Shown in pieces: positions 1-9,086 of a stretch of DNA of 64,000 nt. The notes under the pieces are model-generated. The model saw nothing but the letters and a program-made list of their open reading frames with translations. It ran no database searches and had not been told where the DNA came from. Position 1 is the stretch's first letter; each line of letters begins with the position of its first letter. The DNA is from an uncultured Bacteroidota bacterium (GTDB taxonomy: Bacteria; Bacteroidota; Bacteroidia; UKL13-3). The translations under genes and the position numbers were made by a program. Location of the stretch: positions 4,103 through 68,102 of the forward strand of contig CAISCU010000006.1 in the NCBI GenBank assembly GCA_903883965.1. Reading direction: 5' to 3'.

Positions 1-596
1 TTAGAAGAATGTATGGGTATCAAAACCCGGGTCCTTCGCAGTCTACAAATATTAGAGTTAATAAAAATATTGTGCAACTACTTGATTATGAGCAGCCAGT
101 TGATATTTTAATTCTTGTAGATAATGGTCTTCTTAAGTTTGGTGGTTATCGAATAAATCTGGCAGCAGGTTTAGAAGATACCCTAATAAATGAACTAGAC
201 CCAATTTGGAATTTTTCAGGTAGAAACAGGTTGGTTGCGGAACGAGAAAGTACTGAGCAATCAACAAATATGGTTAATGAAGAGCGTTTGAACCTAACAA
301 AATTTGAAGTTGTCATCGGAAAAACTTACTTCAAACAGGGTTTTTTCAATGTTAGCGAAATATACTCTTCTGAATTAGGACCAGATAAGGCAATAATTGA
401 AATCTTACTTGGTCAAAATTCAAACAATAGCATTCTAGGATACATCAATAGGTCAGCAAATATTAATGGCTCCCCAAGAATTATGGGCGGTAAATCACTA
501 GCTGATTGGATAAAGAGAAATCTAATGATTAATGAAACCCTCACCGTAGAAATAATATCAAGTGTATCAATAAGGATTTATAAATCAGGTCTTTAA
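1..596 (+). CDS. GIY-YIG nuclease-family protein, 5'-partial, with an additional C-terminal domain
   Basis: Frame is open from the window edge (..RRMYGYQNPGPSQSTNIRVN..NLAAGLEDTLI..PIWN), resembling the C-terminal half of stand-alone GIY-YIG proteins; the GIY/YIG motifs themselves would lie upstream of the window. Confidence 0.55.
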   Translation, partial: RRMYGYQNPGPSQSTNIRVNKNIVQLLDYEQPVDILILVDNGLLKFGGYRINLAAGLEDTLINELDPIWNFSGRNRLVAERESTEQSTNMVNEERLNLTKFEVVIGKTYFKQGFFNVSEIYSSELGPDKAIIEILLGQNSNNSILGYINRSANINGSPRIMGGKSLADWIKRNLMINETLTVEIISSVSIRIYKSGL

Positions 597-670
597 TATA
601 GATTATCTAATATATTTGATATTTTACAGGGGCATTTAATTCTATTTTAAAAAATAATTTCACAAGCTTC

Positions 671-700
671 AACTCCCTGCATAAACGCAGGGAGTTTTTT
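671..700 (+). terminator. Intrinsic terminator
   Basis: AACTCCCTGC-ataaac-GCAGGGAGTT hairpin followed by a T run. Confidence 0.75.
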
Positions 701-834
701 GTGCTCCAACTTCCCCTCCCAAGACCAAAAGTGTTGTCTGATATCTTCTAAAAACTTGCATTCTTGCATGCACAACTTGCACGCTTTGTTTTTGGGAAAC
801 TTAGAATAAACCTATAAAGTATTCTAAATCAATG

Positions 835-876
835 TGGTAGCCCCGACGAGAATCGAACTCACATCAAATGTTTAGG
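835..876 (-). repeat. Direct-repeat copy of the tRNA-Arg 3' half (anticodon to CCA); att-like site
   Basis: 837-876 matches 945-984 at 39/40 nt; the copy carries an encoded CCA end (plus-strand tgg at 835-837) that the intact tRNA lacks. Confidence 0.85.
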
Positions 877-926
877 TGCTGACGAAGCTGAGCATGTCAG
901 CATCCTGACTGGCTATGCCACGTCAG
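877..926. repeat. Two adjacent short palindromes sharing a CTGAC...GTCAG core (REP-like)
   Basis: TGCTGAC(877-883)..GTCAGCA(896-902) and CTGAC-TGGC-tat-GCCA-c-GTCAG (905-926). Confidence 0.6.
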
Positions 927-945
927 TGAAAACACTTTTAAAAAG

Positions 946-1017
946 TAGCCCCGACGAGAATCGAACTCATATCAAATGTTTAGGAAACATCTATTCTATC
1001 CATTGAACTACAGGGCC
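946..1017 (-). tRNA. tRNA-Arg (CCT)
   Basis: GGCCCTGTAGTTCAATGGATAGAATAGATGTTTCCTAAACATTTGATATGAGTTCGATTCTCGTCGGGGCTA folds as a cloverleaf; anticodon loop TT-CCT-AA; T-loop GTTCGA. Confidence 0.95.
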
Positions 1018-1055
1018 ATTAGAATTCAAATACAGCTTGATTTAAATTCAGGCAC

Positions 1056-1063
1056 CAAAAATA
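1056..1063 (-). promoter_or_regulatory. Bacteroidota -7 promoter element for the tRNA
   Basis: TATTTTTG matches TAnnTTTG, ~40 nt upstream of the tRNA. Confidence 0.5.
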
Positions 1064-1153
1064 CATGTTTTGAATCAATTCTTTGCAAAGTCATCGCTTA
1101 CTTTGTTGATTTGAATTGCTAAATTTACCCTGTTTTAAAACAATTAACCCAAT

Positions 1154-1489
1154 ATGAAACCCTTTTATATACTAGCCCTATTTTGTTTATTGAGTGTGTT
1201 TGCCCAAGCGCAAAAAGTATATGCTGTAGATTATGCTAACCAAGCAGATGTAAAAGTTTTTGTGGTAAAGTACGAAAATCAGGCTGACTTAAAAGTATTT
1301 AAGGTAAAGTACGAAAACCAAGCAGGTTCAAACAATGGCAAATGGTATTTTACGCAGTATGCCAATCAAGCCCAGAAAAAAATCTTTTTTGTAGATTACG
1401 AAAATCAGGCCGACCTCAAAATCTATTTTGTAACCTACGAAAACCAAGCAGGATGGATCCACTCTTCTAAAAAGGCTTTGTTATACTAG
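1154..1489 (+). CDS. DUF6150-family secreted repeat protein
   Basis: Signal peptide then six xxY[EA]NQA[DGQ] repeats. Confidence 0.75.
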   Translation: MKPFYILALFCLLSVFAQAQKVYAVDYANQADVKVFVVKYENQADLKVFKVKYENQAGSNNGKWYFTQYANQAQKKIFFVDYENQADLKIYFVTYENQAGWIHSSKKALLY

Positions 1490-1499
1490 GTTTTAAAAT

Positions 1500-2645
1500 T
1501 TACTGCCCTGCGTAAATAAACATATTGCCACCAAATAAGGTAGGCTGCATCACATTGAAAGCAGCGCCACCTCCCGTACTGTTTACATTGTTGTTACCAT
1601 TGTAACCGCGGTCGGACATTTGAACAGTACCATTGTTCCAGCCACCTCCGTCGCTCCAATGTGCGCCAAAACTATGGCTGTGACTTGGCATTTCATTTAC
1701 GGTTTGGGTATGGCTTTCTTCACCAACACTATTACCCATGCTGCGGGCACTTAAACCTGCACCCGAACCAATGGTTCCTGGTACCCGGCCTCTAAAATCA
1801 GGCAAAGTAAAAGTGGTACTTCCGTTTCCTGCTCCAAATGAAGTGCCAATTAATGCAAATAAACTGGCGTAGGTGGTTCTAGAAACAGTTGCGCCATTGC
1901 ACAATAACCAGCCGTTGTGGTTGGCTCCTTGTGCAGAATATTTATAATCTCCAATGCTGTAGGGTAATTGCCAACTGGCTAAACCATTGGCATCTGAAGT
2001 GAGCACCTTATTGGCTGCTTGGTTCCCGTCTACCATTTTGATGCTTCCATTAACATCCAATTTGGCACTGGGTGTAGTTGTTCCAATACCCACTTTACCA
2101 GTTCTGTAAATGTCGGCTGTTTTGTTGCTGCCAGCATCGGTTGTACTTCCGCTTAAATACCAAGCTGTGTTGGAGGGTGCTGTATAAGTAACATAAATGC
2201 TGCCATTGTATGACCATAAGCTGTTGTCAACCGAACTGATATAAACATAATTGGCACTTGCTGGGTAATTGGGAGTAAATACTACCCCTACTGTACTAGG
2301 CGTGGCTTTGTCAAAATTTACAACGGCATCGGGTTGTTGGTTCATGATTCTTTGCCAAGCACCTCCATTGTAATAATAATAACCCGGTGTAACTGCATTA
2401 GGCGATGTGCCTGCACTTGCTGTATTATAAACCAGTAAGCCTTCGGCCGGATTGCTGATGGTGGCCTGGTCATTAGTACCTGTTAAAGCAATTCTAGGAG
2501 GTAAAAAACCTTTGTTGGTTGATGAAATGTCTAGTTTGGCTGAATTGTTAGGTGAGTTTGTACCTATACCTATTTGTGCAACTACATTTTTGCTTAAAAA
2601 TAAAGTTGCAAGTGTTATCAACAGAAAAGATTTATAATACCTCAT
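1500..2645 (-). CDS. Secreted fibre-like protein with C-terminal phage tail-collar domain
   Basis: Signal peptide; IGIGTxxP..LDI..KGFLPPR module; C-terminal GWLLCNGATVSRTTYASLFALIGTSFG..TFTLPDFRGR tail-collar motif. Confidence 0.8.
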   Translation of the reverse strand: MRYYKSFLLITLATLFLSKNVVAQIGIGTNSPNNSAKLDISSTNKGFLPPRIALTGTNDQATISNPAEGLLVYNTASAGTSPNAVTPGYYYYNGGAWQRIMNQQPDAVVNFDKATPSTVGVVFTPNYPASANYVYISSVDNSLWSYNGSIYVTYTAPSNTAWYLSGSTTDAGSNKTADIYRTGKVGIGTTTPSAKLDVNGSIKMVDGNQAANKVLTSDANGLASWQLPYSIGDYKYSAQGANHNGWLLCNGATVSRTTYASLFALIGTSFGAGNGSTTFTLPDFRGRVPGTIGSGAGLSARSMGNSVGEESHTQTVNEMPSHSHSFGAHWSDGGGWNNGTVQMSDRGYNGNNNVNSTGGGAAFNVMQPTLFGGNMFIYAGQ

Positions 2646-2747
2646 ATAACCTGTATTTAAATTACCAAAATTGATTTAAAAAAGCTGCAATTGCTACTTA
2701 ACTTTTCATCAATTCTTACCCTATATTAGACAAACGTCTAATTCTGC

Positions 2748-3230
2748 TTACATATTTGGGTTGGAGCTAATTCTGAGTTGCGCGCCGTAACTGTTTACGT
2801 AATATTGTTTCAAGCCCCTTTTTGCTTCACCGGCTACTACACCACCATTTTGAGCAGAAAATTTAGAATGGCAACAGTTAACAAAGTTATTGCCCGAATA
2901 GGCACCACAAGCTAAAAACAAACCATTGTTTTCGAGGCTTATTTTTGCGCAACTGCTATCGGTTTGGTAGGGGCAGGCTCTATCAAAAGCCACGTATTGA
3001 TCAGTTCCAGAAAAGCCAGTATTGTATATGACAATGCCTTTGTATCCGTAATTGCTGTACATATACCCATTGGGAAATTTTAAATTGGCAGCATCGGGCA
3101 AATTCAGGTTCACATAAAAATCAACATATACTGGATTAAAAAAATCGCCAACTTGTTGATTGTCGAAACTATTTTTTTTGCATGCCCCCGTACACAAAAG
3201 CAGAAACGCAATTGCCCATACTTTATTCAT
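2748..3230 (-). CDS. Rieske-like domain lipoprotein
   Basis: Lipobox (TGAC) after MNKVWAIAFLLL; AFDRACPY and CCHSKFS motifs; start moved to the ATG at 3230. Confidence 0.7.
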   Translation of the reverse strand: MNKVWAIAFLLLCTGACKKNSFDNQQVGDFFNPVYVDFYVNLNLPDAANLKFPNGYMYSNYGYKGIVIYNTGFSGTDQYVAFDRACPYQTDSSCAKISLENNGLFLACGAYSGNNFVNCCHSKFSAQNGGVVAGEAKRGLKQYYVNSYGAQLRISSNPNM

Positions 3231-4083
3231 AGCTGTAGAAACCCTTTCCGGTTTTTCGGCCATGCTGACCGGCATCTACTTTTTGTTGTTGTATTCTGCT
3301 TGGCCTGAACTTGCTATCTTGGTGAAAAAGTTGGTACATGCTACTGGTAACCGAAAAGTTGGTATCTACTCCAATTAAATCCATTAACTTGAAGGGTCCC
3401 ATTTTAAACCCACTAGCTTCCAACAGTTCATCCATGTCTTCATAAGTAGCAATGTTTTCTTCTAAGGCTTTTAAACTTTCAACATAAAAATGACGGGCAA
3501 CCCTGTTAACAATAAACCCTGGAGCATCTTTTGCCATGACACAGGTTTTACCCATACCATTGATTAATTCTTTGCACAATAAGGCAATTTGTGGATTGGT
3601 GGCAACTCCTGCAATGATTTCTACCAATTTCATTACTGGTGCAGGGTTAAAAAAGTGAATGCCCAAAACCCTTTCTGGGTGCGGAATTTGAGCTGCTATT
3701 TGGGTCATTGGTATAGATGAGGTATTGCTTGCCAGTATGCAAGATGGGCCATTGATTTCGGCCATTTGCTTGAAAAAACTGTGCTTGATTTCGAGTTTTT
3801 CTATGATGGCTTCAATAACCAACTCAGCTTTTACTTGTAAAATATCTTCAGTGAATACAATTTGACTAAATGCTTTTTGACTTGCTTCTGCACTGATTTT
3901 TCCTTTTTCAACCAGTTTGTCAAAACCTTTTTCTATACTTTGTTTGGCTTTTGTAAGCATGTGGGGGTTGAGGTCAAACAAAATTACCTTGTAACCCGCT
4001 TGCAGGCAAACTTGTGCAATACCTGTTCCCATAGTGCCAGCACCAGCTATTCCAATGGTTTGAATACGCGATAAATCAATCAT
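3223..4083 (-). CDS. 3-hydroxyacyl-CoA (3-hydroxybutyryl-CoA) dehydrogenase
   Basis: GAGTMGTGIA Rossmann motif, SNTSS, GIHFFNPAPVMKLVEI, PGFIVNR, GRKTGKGFY. Confidence 0.9.
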   Translation of the reverse strand: MIDLSRIQTIGIAGAGTMGTGIAQVCLQAGYKVILFDLNPHMLTKAKQSIEKGFDKLVEKGKISAEASQKAFSQIVFTEDILQVKAELVIEAIIEKLEIKHSFFKQMAEINGPSCILASNTSSIPMTQIAAQIPHPERVLGIHFFNPAPVMKLVEIIAGVATNPQIALLCKELINGMGKTCVMAKDAPGFIVNRVARHFYVESLKALEENIATYEDMDELLEASGFKMGPFKLMDLIGVDTNFSVTSSMYQLFHQDSKFRPSRIQQQKVDAGQHGRKTGKGFYSYE

Positions 4084-4209
4084 GTGTGAACAAATTTAAC
4101 ATGCAATAGGCGTATATGCGAATGTTTCTTTACAAATCGAACAAAAATTTGACAGTTTAAATGATTGAGTTGTTTGAGAAAGCACTAATTTTGTAGAAAT
4201 AATTGACAA

Positions 4210-4536
4210 ATGATTACCGTTACAGAAAAAGCCAAAAATCAGATTTTCAACCTGATGCAGACTTCTGGCTACTCCGACAAACATTTTTTAAGGGTTGGGG
4301 TTGACAGCGGAGGCTGTTCTGGTTTGTCTTATAAGTTAGATTTTGATGATTTGGTGAAGGATGGAGATGAAGTGATTGAATTTGAGGGAGTTAAAGTGGT
4401 TACAGATAAAAAAAGTGTGTTGTATTTGTTTGGAACCGAACTGGATTTCTCTGACGGTTTAAACGGAAAAGGATTTACTTTCAACAATCCAAATGCCACA
4501 CGCACATGTAGTTGCGGTGAAAGTTTCGCAGTTTGA
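4210..4536 (+). CDS. Fe-S cluster assembly accessory protein (HesB/IscA family)
   Basis: GGCSGLSY and CSCGESF motifs. Confidence 0.95.
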   Translation: MITVTEKAKNQIFNLMQTSGYSDKHFLRVGVDSGGCSGLSYKLDFDDLVKDGDEVIEFEGVKVVTDKKSVLYLFGTELDFSDGLNGKGFTFNNPNATRTCSCGESFAV

Positions 4537-4556
4537 GGATAAATTTTATTTTGAGA

Positions 4557-4586
4557 TTTGGAATTCAAATCTATTCACTATATTTG
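4557..4586 (+). promoter_or_regulatory. Bacteroidota housekeeping promoter of rpsT
   Basis: TTTG (4557-4560), 18 nt, TATATTTG (4579-4586). Confidence 0.6.
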
Positions 4587-4633
4587 CATCCCTTAATTGA
4601 GAACAATAAAGGATAATTTGATTACTAAAGCAT

Positions 4634-4942
4634 ATGGCAAACCATAAATCAGCACAAAAAAGAATTCGTAACAGCGCAACTAAGCGTTTACGCAATCGTT
4701 ACCAAGCAAAAACAACTCGTACACTTTCTAAGCGTTTGCGTTTGTCAACCGTTAAAAGTGAAGCTGAGAACTTATTAAAAGAAGTAAGTGCAATGCTTGA
4801 TAAATTAGCAAAAAGAAGCATCATCCATAAAAACAAAGCAGCTAACCAAAAATCAAAATTGGCTAAAGTTGTAAATAAAATTGGAACTGCTGCCGCTGTG
4901 ATTGAAAAGAAAAAAACCAGCCCTAAAAAAGCTAAAGCATAA
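4634..4942 (+). CDS. rpsT: 30S ribosomal protein S20
   Basis: MANHKSAQKRIR..LDKLAKRSIIHKNKAANQKSKL. Confidence 0.97.
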   Translation: MANHKSAQKRIRNSATKRLRNRYQAKTTRTLSKRLRLSTVKSEAENLLKEVSAMLDKLAKRSIIHKNKAANQKSKLAKVVNKIGTAAAVIEKKKTSPKKAKA

Positions 4943-4962
4943 TTCAAGCAAAACATATTTTT

Positions 4963-4992
4963 AAGGCTTTCCTGAAAAGGAAAGCCTTTTTT
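4963..4992 (+). terminator. Intrinsic terminator after rpsT
   Basis: AAGGCTTTCC-tgaaaa-GGAAAGCCTT followed by a T run. Confidence 0.85.
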
Positions 4993-5011
4993 CATGCCTT
5001 TTTTTGTAGGT

Positions 5012-5716
5012 ATGAAAAACCTACCCATGTTCCAATCAAAGGGAATTAAGTCTTTATCGGTTGAAGACAGACCCCGCGAAAAACTCATAGATAAAGGCCG
5101 CTCTAGCCTTACCAATACAGAGTTGTTAGCCATCATTATAGGTGCAGGAAATGCACATGCCAGCGCCATTGATTTATCTAATCAATTGCTACAAATGGCC
5201 AATTACAACTTGAACGAGTTGGCTCAATTTACCATTCAGGATTACCTAAAAATTAAAGGAATTGGACAAGTAAAGGCCATTGCTTTGGTAGCTGCTTTTG
5301 AAATTGGTAGAAGAAAAATAGATTCAGCCGTACTACAGAAGCCAATAGTTTCCAATAGTAGAGAGGCGTATAACCAGCTAGCGGGTTTGATGTCGGACCT
5401 GAAACATGAGCAATTTTGGGTATTGTATTTGAACCGTGCAGGTAAGTTGCTTTCAAAAGTAAAAATCAGTGAAGGGGGCACTGCTGGTACAGTCGTAGAT
5501 CCTAAATTGGTGTTTTCTCAGGCTATTAATTTATTGGCAAGTACGCTTATTTTGGCGCATAACCATCCATCGGGGAATAATCGCCCAAGCGATGCAGACA
5601 TAGCTATTACCAAGAAAATAAAAGAAGGAGCTGTATTGCTTGATTTATTTGTTGCTGATCACATTATTATTTGTAACCAAGGATTTTACAGTTTTGCAGA
5701 TGAAGGGATGCTCTGA
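5012..5716 (+). CDS. radC: RadC-family JAB domain protein
   Basis: RPREKL, HhH GIGQVKA, AHNHPSG..PSDAD, DHIII. Confidence 0.92.
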   Translation: MKNLPMFQSKGIKSLSVEDRPREKLIDKGRSSLTNTELLAIIIGAGNAHASAIDLSNQLLQMANYNLNELAQFTIQDYLKIKGIGQVKAIALVAAFEIGRRKIDSAVLQKPIVSNSREAYNQLAGLMSDLKHEQFWVLYLNRAGKLLSKVKISEGGTAGTVVDPKLVFSQAINLLASTLILAHNHPSGNNRPSDADIAITKKIKEGAVLLDLFVADHIIICNQGFYSFADEGML

Positions 5717-5722
5717 TTTAAA

Positions 5723-6994
5723 TTAGCGGTATAAAGGAAATTGGTGCATCAATGCATTCACCTCTTGTTTTACTTGTTGGTGAATTTTTTCATCCTCAGG
5801 GTTCATCAACACACGGTCTATCAATGAAACAACAGTTTCCATATCTGCTTGTAACAACCCTCTTGTTGTAATGGCTGATGTACCAATTCTAATGCCTGAA
5901 GTTACAAATGGAGATTTGTCATCAAATGGAACCATGTTTTTATTGATGGTGATGTCTGCTTTAATGAGTGCGTTTTCAGCAGCTTTTCCACTTATTCCTT
6001 TGTTACGGAGGTCTATCAACATCAAATGATTGTCTGTACCACCCGAAATGAGCTCATAACCCAATTGCATAAATGCTGCAGCCATACTTTGAGCGTTCAA
6101 TTGAACTTGTTTGATATATGCTGTATAATCTGGGCTGAGGGCCTCTCCAAATGCAACTGCTTTTGATGCAATGACATGTTCGAGTGGTCCACCTTGTGTG
6201 CCTGGAAATACAGCTCCATCTAACATAGCCGACATCATTTTTAAATCACCTTTTGGTGTTTTGTGTCCCCAAGGATTTTCAAAATCTTTACCCATCATGA
6301 TTATTCCACCTCTTGGACCTCTCAAAGTTTTATGGGTGGTACTGGTAACAATATGACAATGTGGAATGGGGTCGTTTAACAATTTCCCTACAATTAAACC
6401 TGCAGGGTGAGAAATATCGGCTAATAAGATTGCACCCACGCTGTCTGCAATGGCTCTTAACCTCGCATAATCCCAGTCTCTACTATAGGCAGATGCACCA
6501 CAGATTATCATTTTTGGCTGTTCTTGTGCAGCTTTTTGTGCAACTTTATCCCAGTCTATTAAACCTGTTTCTTTTTCTACTCCATAAAAGCTAGGGCTGT
6601 ATAGTTTACCTGAAAAATTTACAGGAGAACCATGGGTCAAGTGTCCACCATGAGACAAATCAAAACCTAAAATTTTATCACCTGGGTTTAAGCAAGCCAA
6701 CATCACCGCTGCATTGGCTTGAGCGCCACTGTGCGGCTGAACATTTGCCCATACAGCTCCGAACATTTTCTTTAAGCGATCAATGGCAATGTTTTCTACC
6801 ACATCTACAACTTCACATCCGCCATAGTATCTTTTTCCTGGTAAGCCTTCTGCGTATTTGTTGGTAAGCACACTACCCATGGCTTCCATAACTTGTTTAC
6901 TCACAAAATTTTCTGAAGCAATCAATTCCAAACCTGTTTCTTGTCTGTGTAATTCTTCCTGAATCAATTTAAAAATTTCTGTATCTCTTGTCAT
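5723..6994 (-). CDS. glyA: Serine hydroxymethyltransferase
   Basis: [33 protein letters not shown]. Confidence 0.98.
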   Translation of the reverse strand: MTRDTEIFKLIQEELHRQETGLELIASENFVSKQVMEAMGSVLTNKYAEGLPGKRYYGGCEVVDVVENIAIDRLKKMFGAVWANVQPHSGAQANAAVMLACLNPGDKILGFDLSHGGHLTHGSPVNFSGKLYSPSFYGVEKETGLIDWDKVAQKAAQEQPKMIICGASAYSRDWDYARLRAIADSVGAILLADISHPAGLIVGKLLNDPIPHCHIVTSTTHKTLRGPRGGIIMMGKDFENPWGHKTPKGDLKMMSAMLDGAVFPGTQGGPLEHVIASKAVAFGEALSPDYTAYIKQVQLNAQSMAAAFMQLGYELISGGTDNHLMLIDLRNKGISGKAAENALIKADITINKNMVPFDDKSPFVTSGIRIGTSAITTRGLLQADMETVVSLIDRVLMNPEDEKIHQQVKQEVNALMHQFPLYR

Positions 6995-7144
6995 AAATCA
7001 AGTATTAGTCTTGCAAGTTATTTGAACTTCATTAAACCCAAAAGCTTTTTTATGAATAAATTTCAGCTAACTGTATAAATTTAAATACCATTTAAAAAAA
7101 AGACTTTATACCTTGCAGTACAATCCAAACATTTTCAAAAAATC

Positions 7145-8137
7145 ATGAAAGCAATTATACCTGTTGCAGGCATAGGAACCAGGCTCAGACCACATACGCA
7201 TACACAGCCTAAGGCTTTAATTCCAATTGCAGGTAAGCCGATCTTAGGTCATATTACAGAATACCTTCACAAACACGGTATTAATGAGTTTATTTTTATC
7301 ATTGGTTATTTGGGCGATAAAATTGAACAATACATACTCAAACAGTTTCCAGATATTCAAGCAAAATTTGTTATTCAAACTAGCGGAAAAGGTGTGGGTC
7401 ATGCCATTTGGTTGGCAAAAGAACACGTGCAACCCAATGATGAAATTTTAATTGTTTTTGGAGATACCATTGTAGATTTAAACGCAGATGCAGTATTGAA
7501 ATCAGACTGCTCTATGTTAGGGGTTAAGAAAGTGGAAGACCCAAGGTTATTTGGTGTTGCCGAAATTAACAAAGAAGGCTTTATTACCAAAATGGTTGAA
7601 AAACCTACCATACCAAAAAGCAATATGGCTTTGGTAGGTGTTTATAAAATAAAAGAAAGCGCCATGTTGTTTGAAGCCTTAGAAAACAACATTGCCAAAA
7701 AATTAACTACGCACGGAGAATACACACTCACCGATGCTCTAATGGGCATGGTAGAACAAGGGGTTCAGTTTAAAACCTTTGATGTAGACAATTGGTTTGA
7801 TTGTGGCAAAAAAGAAATTTTAATTGACACCAATGCCTTGTTGTTAAAGCGTCTGAATTACGATACCACAACCTACCAATTCGAAAATACCATTATCATT
7901 CCACCAGTTTTTATTGGTGAAGGATGCAAAATTAGCAACAGTATTGTGGGGCCAAATGTTTCTATTGGTGAAAATGCTATATTAAATTATGCAACAGTGA
8001 AAGACTCTATTATTGGGCCTTATGCACAAATAGAATATGCTATTCTACACCGATCTTTAATTGGCAATGATGCTTCGCTTAAAGGTATGATTCAAAGTTT
8101 AAATATTGGCGACAGTACTGAAATAAATTTTGGATAA
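7145..8137 (+). CDS. Sugar-phosphate nucleotidyltransferase (long form with LbH tail)
   Basis: AGIGTRLRPHT..PK, VEKP, WFDCG, hexapeptide C-terminus. Confidence 0.9.
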   Translation: MKAIIPVAGIGTRLRPHTHTQPKALIPIAGKPILGHITEYLHKHGINEFIFIIGYLGDKIEQYILKQFPDIQAKFVIQTSGKGVGHAIWLAKEHVQPNDEILIVFGDTIVDLNADAVLKSDCSMLGVKKVEDPRLFGVAEINKEGFITKMVEKPTIPKSNMALVGVYKIKESAMLFEALENNIAKKLTTHGEYTLTDALMGMVEQGVQFKTFDVDNWFDCGKKEILIDTNALLLKRLNYDTTTYQFENTIIIPPVFIGEGCKISNSIVGPNVSIGENAILNYATVKDSIIGPYAQIEYAILHRSLIGNDASLKGMIQSLNIGDSTEINFG

Positions 8138-8138
8138 A

Positions 8139-9086
8139 ATGAGCAATGCAATCACCCAATTATTTGGCATAGAACACCCAGTTATACAAGGTGGAATGGT
8201 TTGGTGTAGTGGCTGGAAACTGGCATCGGCAGTCAGTAATGCGGGTGGACTTGGCCTGCTTGGGTCGGGAAGTATGAGGCCCGATATGTTGAAAGAACAG
8301 ATTCAAAAATGCAAACAAGCCACTACAAAACCTTTTGGGGTGAATGTTCCGTTATTGTTTCCTTATGCTGAAGCACATATACAAACCATTATAGACGAAA
8401 AAGTTCCAGTTGTTTTTACTTCGGCAGGTAACCCAGCTTTATACACTTCTAAGTTAAAATCACACGGCATTAAAGTGGTGCATGTAATTGCCAATACCAA
8501 GTTTGCATTGAAAGCAATTGAAGCTGGTGTTGATGCTCTGGTTGCAGAAGGTTTTGAAGCGGGAGGACACAATGGCAAAGAAGAAACCACTACCATTTGT
8601 TTGGTTCCCGAAATCAGAAAACTTACCAATTTGCCTTTGCTTGCTGCTGGAGGTATAGCTTCTGGTTCTGCTATGTTAGCAGCCATGGCGTTAGGAGCAG
8701 ATGGGGTTCAAATAGGTTCTGCTTTTGCAGTTTGTGAAGAATCTTCTGCGCACTTGCTTTTCAAAGAAAAAGTGATCACTTGCAATGAAGGAGCTACGGC
8801 TTTGACCCTAAAAGACATTACTCCTGTTAGGCTCATTAAAAATGAATTTTATGAACAAATTCATGCTGCCATTGCTGCTGGTGCAACCAAAGAAACGCAA
8901 TTGGAAATACTAGGAAAGGGTAGAGCCAGAATGGGCATGTTGGAGGGCAATTTAACAGAAGGTGAATTGGAAATAGGGCAAGTGGCTTCTCAGTTAAAAG
9001 CAATCAAACCTGTTTCAGTTTTTATGAAAGAATTGATACAGGAATACCAGCTTGCCTTACAAAGAATTCAACAGCAATTGGTTTAA
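8139..9086 (+). CDS. Nitronate monooxygenase / FabK-like flavoprotein
   Basis: IQGGMVW, AVSNAGGLG, EGFEAGGH, AAGGI..GADGVQIGS. Confidence 0.85.
   Translation: MSNAITQLFGIEHPVIQGGMVWCSGWKLASAVSNAGGLGLLGSGSMRPDMLKEQIQKCKQATTKPFGVNVPLLFPYAEAHIQTIIDEKVPVVFTSAGNPALYTSKLKSHGIKVVHVIANTKFALKAIEAGVDALVAEGFEAGGHNGKEETTTICLVPEIRKLTNLPLLAAGGIASGSAMLAAMALGADGVQIGSAFAVCEESSAHLLFKEKVITCNEGATALTLKDITPVRLIKNEFYEQIHAAIAAGATKETQLEILGKGRARMGMLEGNLTEGELEIGQVASQLKAIKPVSVFMKELIQEYQLALQRIQQQLV

Noticed and set aside
607-633. CTAA..ATTTGATAT..GGGGC resembling the tRNA 3' half in the opposite orientation
   Set aside because: Only a 9-nt exact match in very AT-rich DNA; chance is sufficient
877-929. Possible tRNA intron at the anticodon
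   Set aside because: 53 nt is far too short for a group I intron, and the interrupted copy lacks the D arm and 5' acceptor strand
1500-2645. Prophage suggested by the tail-collar gene near a tRNA
   Set aside because: No integrase, terminase, capsid or other tail genes in the window; the protein has a host-type signal peptide
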